Positions 58,167 to 64,000 of a stretch of DNA of 64,000 nt are shown here, piece by piece. Under the pieces are notes generated by a model, which made no database searches, had not been told where the DNA came from, and saw only the letters and a program-made list of their open reading frames with translations. The translations under genes and the position numbers were made by a program. Origin of the DNA: Gemmatimonadota bacterium (GTDB lineage: Bacteria > Gemmatimonadota > Gemmatimonadetes > Longimicrobiales > Gaopeijiaceae); contig JBDHHQ010000021.1 in the NCBI GenBank assembly GCA_039589315.1, positions 44,145-108,144 on the forward strand, written 5' to 3'. The first letter of the stretch is position 1. Every line of letters begins with the position of its first letter.

Positions 58167-59978
58167 TCACAGGCTCCTCGTCCTCAATTGCTCCACGATG
58201 TACTCGGACGTCCTCCACGCCAGCGCCATGATCGACAGCGTGGGGTTCTTGTCCGCGTTGCTCACGAAGGGCCCTCCGTCCGTCACGAACAGGTTGGGCA
58301 CTTCCCAGGACTGACAGTACGGGTTCAGCGCCGACGTCGAGGGGTCGTCCCCCATGCGCACGCCGCCGACCTCGTGAATGATCTGTCCGGGATTCAGGAT
58401 GGCCTTGGCCCCATCCGTCTGAACGTCCGAGAGGACGCGGCCGCCCATGCTCTCGACGATCTCCGCGAAGGTCCGGTGCATGTGGGCGGCCTGGCTCAGC
58501 TCGTGGTGCGACCACCGCCAGTTGAAACGCAGGACCGGAATGCCCCACTGGTCGACCGTGTCGGGGTCGATCTCGCAGTAGCAGTCCTCGTTGGGGATCA
58601 TCTCGCCTCGGCCGTCGAAGTACATGAACGAGCCGTAGTACCGCCGGCAGTCCTCCTTGAACTGAAGGCCGTACGAGCCACCCGTCAGCGGCTCGATACC
58701 GCTGAAGGCACCGTAACCCGGCATGCGGCGTCCGCCGCCGAACTCGATGTGATATCCGCGGGCGAAGTCCAACCGTCCCGCCAGCTGCTCGCGGTATCGC
58801 CACCAGGGCATGTACATGTGCATGGCGCTCGCCCCGTCCTCATTGTGGGGCGGCAGGCCTTCGAGCGCCGGGATCTGTCCGTAGATCCCGGCTCCCACCG
58901 TGTCCATCACGTACTTGCCCACCACGCCGTTTCCGTTGGCGACGCCATCGGGAAACCTGGAGCTCGTCGAGTTCAGGAGGATGCGGGCGGACTCGCACGC
59001 GCTCGCGGCCAGGACGACCACGTCGGCGGACGCACGCCGGTCCTCCCGGCTCAGCTTGTCGATGTAGTTGACCCCGGTGGCGCGGCCACTGGCGTCCACC
59101 GTGACCTCGCGGACCATGGCGTCGGTCAGGATGTCCAGATTGCCCGTGGCCAGCGCGGGCGGGAGCAGCACTGTGGTCGATTGGAAGTTGGCCTTGATGG
59201 AGCATCCGCGCCCGCACGGCGTCGCCCAGAAGCAGGCAGCCCGAGACCGCATGGAGTCCGCCAGCACCCGTTGCGCCAAATCGTTCCCGGGATGGAGCAT
59301 GCCCGGCAGACGCTCTGCATCCTGCCTGCGGGTCAGAATGGCCAGGTGAGCCGGAATCACCGGGATCGCCAGATCCGCGCAGGCCCGCTGGGTCAGGAGC
59401 TCGTAGGCCCGGGGGGCCGGGGGGGGCTGGAGAATCCCGGGCGACGAGTCCGGCGTGTTCTCCAGTCCCTCGTTCGAGCCGTAGACGCCGATCAGCGCCT
59501 CGGTCTTGTCGTAGTAGGGCGCCAGGTCCTCGTAGGAGAGGGGCCAGTCGAAGCCGAGCCCGTCCCGGCCGTACGGCTTGAAGTCGTACTCTCCCATGCG
59601 CAGGGAGATACGCCCCCAGTGATTGGTCCTGCCGCCCAACATCCGGGCGCGCCACCACATGAAGTCGACGCCGGGGGCGCTGGTGTACGGCTCGCCGGGG
59701 ACCTGCCAGCCACCGTCCACGGTGGCGTCGTAGAACCCGAACGGCTTGTCCGGCGTGCCCGCGCCCCTCAGGGGGGCGTCCTTGGGCAGCTGGAACATGG
59801 GGGTTTCCGTCACCGGGTCGTAGTCCCGGCCGGCCTCGAGGAGCAGCACCCGCAGTCCCGACACGGCCAGGATGTACGCGGCGATGCCGCCGCCGGCGCC
59901 GGAGCCCACGATCAGGGCGTCGTAGTGCTGGTCCTGCGGGGCTTGCCGACTGATGGGATCCTCCGTGCTCCAGGTCAC
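58167..59978 (-). CDS. GMC family FAD oxidoreductase (glycoside-3-dehydrogenase-like)
   Basis: VGSGAGGG, LGGRTNHWGR, C..ATPCGRGC, HEVGGVRMG, KNPTLSIMAL. Confidence 0.88.
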   Translation of the reverse strand: MTWSTEDPISRQAPQDQHYDALIVGSGAGGGIAAYILAVSGLRVLLLEAGRDYDPVTETPMFQLPKDAPLRGAGTPDKPFGFYDATVDGGWQVPGEPYTSAPGVDFMWWRARMLGGRTNHWGRISLRMGEYDFKPYGRDGLGFDWPLSYEDLAPYYDKTEALIGVYGSNEGLENTPDSSPGILQPPPAPRAYELLTQRACADLAIPVIPAHLAILTRRQDAERLPGMLHPGNDLAQRVLADSMRSRAACFWATPCGRGCSIKANFQSTTVLLPPALATGNLDILTDAMVREVTVDASGRATGVNYIDKLSREDRRASADVVVLAASACESARILLNSTSSRFPDGVANGNGVVGKYVMDTVGAGIYGQIPALEGLPPHNEDGASAMHMYMPWWRYREQLAGRLDFARGYHIEFGGGRRMPGYGAFSGIEPLTGGSYGLQFKEDCRRYYGSFMYFDGRGEMIPNEDCYCEIDPDTVDQWGIPVLRFNWRWSHHELSQAAHMHRTFAEIVESMGGRVLSDVQTDGAKAILNPGQIIHEVGGVRMGDDPSTSALNPYCQSWEVPNLFVTDGGPFVSNADKNPTLSIMALAWRTSEYIVEQLRTRSL

Positions 59979-61495
59979 GCCCCGGGTGAGGGCCCCGACG
60001 GGGCGACGGCCTCTCCGACCGGCGCTCCGCTTCCGCGGAACAGCGCCGCCACGGTTTCGTCATCGTACGGATCCCTGCGCAGGCTGACCAGCACGTACAG
60101 CAGCGTCGACGTCAGCAGCGCCGGGAAGACCTCATGGATCACCGACGAGAGGGACGATTCCCGCCACAGGATCAGGGTCCCCGCACCCGCCACCAGCGAT
60201 ACCACCGCCGCCGCCCCCGTGCCCCTACGCCAGTAGAGACCCAGCAGGACCGCGGGGAAGAAGCACGCGCCGTAGAGACTGCCCGAGAGTACGGTGAGCG
60301 AGACGATACCCCCCGGAGGCTCGAGGGCGATCAGGGCCGTGATGGCTGCGAACAGCATGACGAACCAGCGCGTGGCCCGGAGCTCGGCAGCCTCCGTGCG
60401 GCCTCCCCGGACGACGCTGACCACGTCCCGCTCGAAGGTGGACGCGGTCACCAGCAGCACGCTGTCGAGCGACGACATGGCTGCCGCGACCATGGCAACG
60501 AGCAGGAAGGCTGCCACGCCCGCCGAGAAGACCCCCTCGAGGGCCAGCAGCTCCGGGACCACCAGGTCGGTGTCCGTCAGGCCGTCGGGGAAGATGCGCC
60601 GGGCGTAGAGCCCGATGGGAACGAGCAACGTGTACACGCCCGCGAACGTGACGGTGGACACGACGGCTCCGGTCCGGGCGGCCTGTGGGCTCTCCAGCGC
60701 GTAGAAGCGGGACAGCTGACGGGGCTCGACCACGAACTTGACGACGCCTGCGAAGATGATCCCGAGCAAAACCGGGAGGGGGAGCACGCCGTCCATCTGG
60801 AAGAGGGCCTCGCCGCCGGGCTGGTCGCGCACGTCCAGCACCGAGGCGAGTCCCCCCGCAGCTCGGACGGTCCCCACCGAGAGGAGCACCGCTGCGAAGA
60901 TCATGACGATGCCCTGGACGGCGTCGGTCTTCACCACCGAGATGAAGCCGCCGACGAGGGTGTACAGCGTGACCACCAGGAACACGATGCCGATGGCCGG
61001 CTTGTACGGAATCTCGAGGAAGACCTCCACCAGATTGCCGATCCCCTTGTAGACCGCGGTCATGTAGAGCAGGCTGGAGAAGACGACGACGAGGGCCGCC
61101 AGGAAACGCGCCGTCTGACTGCCGAACCGGAAGCCGATGAAGTCGGGGATGGTGAGGGAGCCCAACGCCTCGGTGAACTCCCGCAGCCGGGGGGCCACCG
61201 CGACCCACGCGAAGTGGGAGAAGCCCACCACTCCGGGGATCAGCAACAACCAGCCCACCCCCCACTCGTAGGCCTGGCCGCTGTATCCGACGAAGCTATT
61301 GGTGCTCGAATAGGTGGCGAAGAACGAGATCCCCACCACCGCACCGCCCATCGAGCGACCGCCCACATAGTAGTCGGCCAGCCCCTTGGTCTCCCGGTTC
61401 CCGGTCCAGGCGTGCCACGCCAGGATCACCGTGTATCCCAGGAGCAGCAGGTGCACCATCCAGTACTCGCGGAGGTTGTCGAGAACGGCGCTCAT
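59975..61495 (-). CDS. Sodium:solute symporter family protein
   Basis: DYYVGGRS, TIPDFIGFRF, GGFISVVKTDAVQG, AAAMSSLDS. Confidence 0.9.
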   Translation of the reverse strand: MSAVLDNLREYWMVHLLLLGYTVILAWHAWTGNRETKGLADYYVGGRSMGGAVVGISFFATYSSTNSFVGYSGQAYEWGVGWLLLIPGVVGFSHFAWVAVAPRLREFTEALGSLTIPDFIGFRFGSQTARFLAALVVVFSSLLYMTAVYKGIGNLVEVFLEIPYKPAIGIVFLVVTLYTLVGGFISVVKTDAVQGIVMIFAAVLLSVGTVRAAGGLASVLDVRDQPGGEALFQMDGVLPLPVLLGIIFAGVVKFVVEPRQLSRFYALESPQAARTGAVVSTVTFAGVYTLLVPIGLYARRIFPDGLTDTDLVVPELLALEGVFSAGVAAFLLVAMVAAAMSSLDSVLLVTASTFERDVVSVVRGGRTEAAELRATRWFVMLFAAITALIALEPPGGIVSLTVLSGSLYGACFFPAVLLGLYWRRGTGAAAVVSLVAGAGTLILWRESSLSSVIHEVFPALLTSTLLYVLVSLRRDPYDDETVAALFRGSGAPVGEAVAPSGPSPGA

Positions 61496-61553
61496 GCGGT
61501 CTCCGGGGCGGCACGCATCCGGTTCGTCCCGACGAGGCTCATGCGATCTCCCG

Positions 61554-63122
61554 TCATGGGGTCGTGTGCGTCGACGGGGGCGCGGTCTCCGACCTCGCTG
61601 TGCTGCCCTCCGGCTCGAATAGCCTCCGCACGGCCGGCTTGGTCACCTTGCCCATGGCGTTCCGGGGGAGAGCGCTCACGGCCAGAACCGATCGGGGGAG
61701 CTTGTAGGGTGCCAATCGATCCCGGGCCCATTCCTTCAGGGCTTCGCCGTCCAGACCCCGGGTACGGGGGACCACGGCCGCGCAGACGCGCTCTCCCCAG
61801 TCGGGGTCGGGTACGCCCACCACTGCGCAGTCGAGCACCCCCGGGTGCTGCCGCAGCGTCTCCTCCACCTCCAGGGCGGACACCTTCTCGGCGCCGGTCT
61901 TGATGATGTCCACGCTGCGACGCCCCAGGATCCGGTAGCTGCCGTGGTCCAGGACGGCCACGTCGCCGGTCCGGAACCACCCGTCCCGGAAGGCGGCCAC
62001 CGTCTCGTTCGGGCGGCGCCAGTACTCCCGAAACACGGACGGTCCCCGGATCTCGATCTCACCGGGCCGACCCGGCTCGACGGCGGCACCGTCCTCGTCC
62101 ACCAGCCGCATCTCCACGCCGGGGAAGGGGACGCCCACGTGCCCCGGCCGCCTCGGTCCCGCCAGTGGGTTGCCCAGCCCCATGCCGATCTCGGTCATGC
62201 CGTACCGCTCGAGGAGCCGGTGGCCGGTGATGTCTTCCCATCGCTCCAGGACGCTCACGGGCAGGGCGGCGGAGCCGGACACCATGAGGCGCAACTGCCG
62301 GGCTCCCGCAGACCAGGCCTCCCGTTCGGCCGACGAGGCCGCGTCCCACGACGCGATGAGCCGGGCGTAGATCGTGGGCACGGCCATGAAGAGCGTGAGT
62401 CCGCCGGCGGCGAACCGCTGCCAGACCTCCAGAGCGTCGAAGCGAGGATGGATGTCGCACAGGGCCCCGGACCAAAGGGCGCACCCCAGGACGTTGACGA
62501 TCCCGTGTACGTGGTGGAGCGGCAGCACAAGGAGGATCCGGTCGTCACGGGTCCAGGCCCACGCGTCCACCAGCGACTCGATCTGGGCGTCCACGTTGGC
62601 ATGAGTGGTCACCACGCCCTTGGCCCGTCCGGTGGTGCCGCTGGTGTAGATCATGAGAGCGGGTCGGTCCAGGGCCACGTCGGGCAGAGCTGCCTCGCGG
62701 TCCAGGGCTGCAGGAGGCGCGTCGGCCCCGGAGGCGCTCAGGTTGGGCGCCGGGAGGAAACGGATGCCCCGGGACTCCGCCGCAGGGCGCACCCGCGCCT
62801 CCAGCTCTGGGTGGGCCACGACCACGGCCGGCTCGGCGTCGTCCAGGACGTAGGCCAGCTCGGGTGGCGGATGGCTCGCCGCCAACGGGACGGCCATCCC
62901 GCCCGCCTGCCACACGCCCCACAAGGTGACCACCCACTCCAGGCCGGGTGGGGCGAGGAATGCGACCCTGGCGTCTTGGAGGTCTGACGCTCCGTCGAGA
63001 AGGCGGTGCGCCTCACGACGGGAGGCTTCGACCAGCTGCCCGTACGTCAGGGAGGCGCCGGGAGCCGTCAAAGCGGCCCGGTGGGGGTGGTGGCGTGCGC
63101 GTGCGATGATCGGTGGAGTCAC
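61554..63122 (-). CDS. Acyl-CoA synthetase, malonyl-CoA synthetase (MatB/ACSF3)-like
   Basis: YTSGTTGRAKG, LPLHHVHG, ERYGMTE, WFRTGD, PRNAMGK. Confidence 0.85.
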   Translation of the reverse strand: MTPPIIARARHHPHRAALTAPGASLTYGQLVEASRREAHRLLDGASDLQDARVAFLAPPGLEWVVTLWGVWQAGGMAVPLAASHPPPELAYVLDDAEPAVVVAHPELEARVRPAAESRGIRFLPAPNLSASGADAPPAALDREAALPDVALDRPALMIYTSGTTGRAKGVVTTHANVDAQIESLVDAWAWTRDDRILLVLPLHHVHGIVNVLGCALWSGALCDIHPRFDALEVWQRFAAGGLTLFMAVPTIYARLIASWDAASSAEREAWSAGARQLRLMVSGSAALPVSVLERWEDITGHRLLERYGMTEIGMGLGNPLAGPRRPGHVGVPFPGVEMRLVDEDGAAVEPGRPGEIEIRGPSVFREYWRRPNETVAAFRDGWFRTGDVAVLDHGSYRILGRRSVDIIKTGAEKVSALEVEETLRQHPGVLDCAVVGVPDPDWGERVCAAVVPRTRGLDGEALKEWARDRLAPYKLPRSVLAVSALPRNAMGKVTKPAVRRLFEPEGSTARSETAPPSTHTTP

Positions 63123-63311
63123 GCCGCCAATATAGGCGGGGTGGCTCCGGCCGCATCCGGTGGCGTTGCCGAGCGGGGCTCAGGGACGGCCCAGCGATAC
63201 ACCCACTGAGAGCACGGGATAGAACCGGAAGATGGCCACGTCCTCCTCGAAGGCCTGGACCGATCCAGGCGGGGCGACCGCCCGCAGTCGAGGATCCGAC
63301 GGCGCGAGGCC

Positions 63312-64000
63312 ATGCAGGTCCCGGTCGTGGCTGCGGACAAGCCCGCCCTGGCGTCGATGCCGGCGTTCGGTGAGGCGCCGAGCACATCACTCGCGGGTCC
63401 CCGAGCGGGGCCCCTGCGCGTAGATCGCCGGGGTGGCGCCACGGTGCTGGCCTATCCGGTGGGGCGGGAGCGGTCGATATCGACAGGACTCTTCATCGGA
63501 GGCCTGGCGTCTCTGGGCTTCACGGTCGGCGGGGGTTGGTTCCTCGCCCAAGAGCTTCTGTCCGAGGGCGGTGGCTTCGCGTGGATCGCCGGGCTGGTGG
63601 GTATCCCGATGGTGTTGCTCTTCGGGCTGTTTGGACTCCTCCTCGCTCTCCTGGGCCTCCACACCGGTCTCAACGCGTTGACGGTCACGCTCTCGGACAC
63701 CGAGATCGAGGCTCGACGCAGCGTCCGGGGGATTCCCGTGAGCCGCTCTGTGCCCCTCGGCGAGGTGGACGGCATCGAGATGAAGATCAACGGCCAACTG
63801 GGGCAGGGCTCCAAAGCGGCTGTATTCTACGGGATTCGGGCCTATCTCCGGGATGGCTCGAGCATTCCCATGGGCGACGGCCTGCGGGGGCCCACGCTGG
63901 CCGAGGAGGCCGCCCGGGTCATCTCCGAAGAGACGGGGATTCCTGTCCGGCTCGTGGAGCGCCGCCGGAAGCTCCGGAAGCGGGCGAAGGAGACGGCGGC
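63312..64000 (+). CDS. Hypothetical 2-TM membrane protein, runs off window
   Basis: Not in track. Open frame MQVPVV...GLFIGGLASLGFTVGGGWF...LFGLFGLLLALLGL...GEVDGIEMK... to window end; start uncertain. Confidence 0.55.
   Translation, partial: MQVPVVAADKPALASMPAFGEAPSTSLAGPRAGPLRVDRRGGATVLAYPVGRERSISTGLFIGGLASLGFTVGGGWFLAQELLSEGGGFAWIAGLVGIPMVLLFGLFGLLLALLGLHTGLNALTVTLSDTEIEARRSVRGIPVSRSVPLGEVDGIEMKINGQLGQGSKAAVFYGIRAYLRDGSSIPMGDGLRGPTLAEEAARVISEETGIPVRLVERRRKLRKRAKETA

Noticed and set aside
1..64000. Many long antisense or alternate-frame ORFs (e.g. 8891-11248 -, 13262-15868 +, 28036-30132 -, 43572-45521 -, 57990-60236 +)
   Set aside because: Shadow ORFs expected at high GC; R/P/G-rich, no motifs, overlapping well-supported genes
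1..64000. CRISPR arrays, tRNA/rRNA, transposases, integrases, defence systems
   Set aside because: No repeat-spacer periodicity or diagnostic motifs seen by eye; small RNAs could be missed without covariance models

Overview
High-GC (roughly 70% by eye) bacterial chromosomal segment. Gene content (two PadR/ADOP permease cassettes, Ser/Thr kinase-PD40 fusion, DUF5916, VPS10/BNR hydrolase, GMC/TAT-subunit pairs) suggests Gemmatimonadota or an Acidobacteria-like lineage (inference). About 45 CDS, mostly transport, envelope, periplasmic redox and peptidase genes. I saw no rRNA, tRNA, CRISPR array, integrase or transposase. Main points: (1) a reductive-dehalogenase-like corrinoid/Fe-S gene without TAT signal or RdhB, directly behind an APC permease; (2) an orphan, degenerate DnaB/RecA-fold ATPase behind a perfect SOS-box-like palindrome; (3) a coupled cluster of a non-canonical M28 peptidase, a PQQ dehydrogenase and a GMC pair, facing a second GMC pair with an SSS transporter and a MatB-like ligase; (4) operator-like palindromes before both PadR-ADOP cassettes; (5) repeated duplicated start regions and micro-ORFs bridging cistrons; (6) two gene remnants. 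All family calls come from motif recognition, not database searches.
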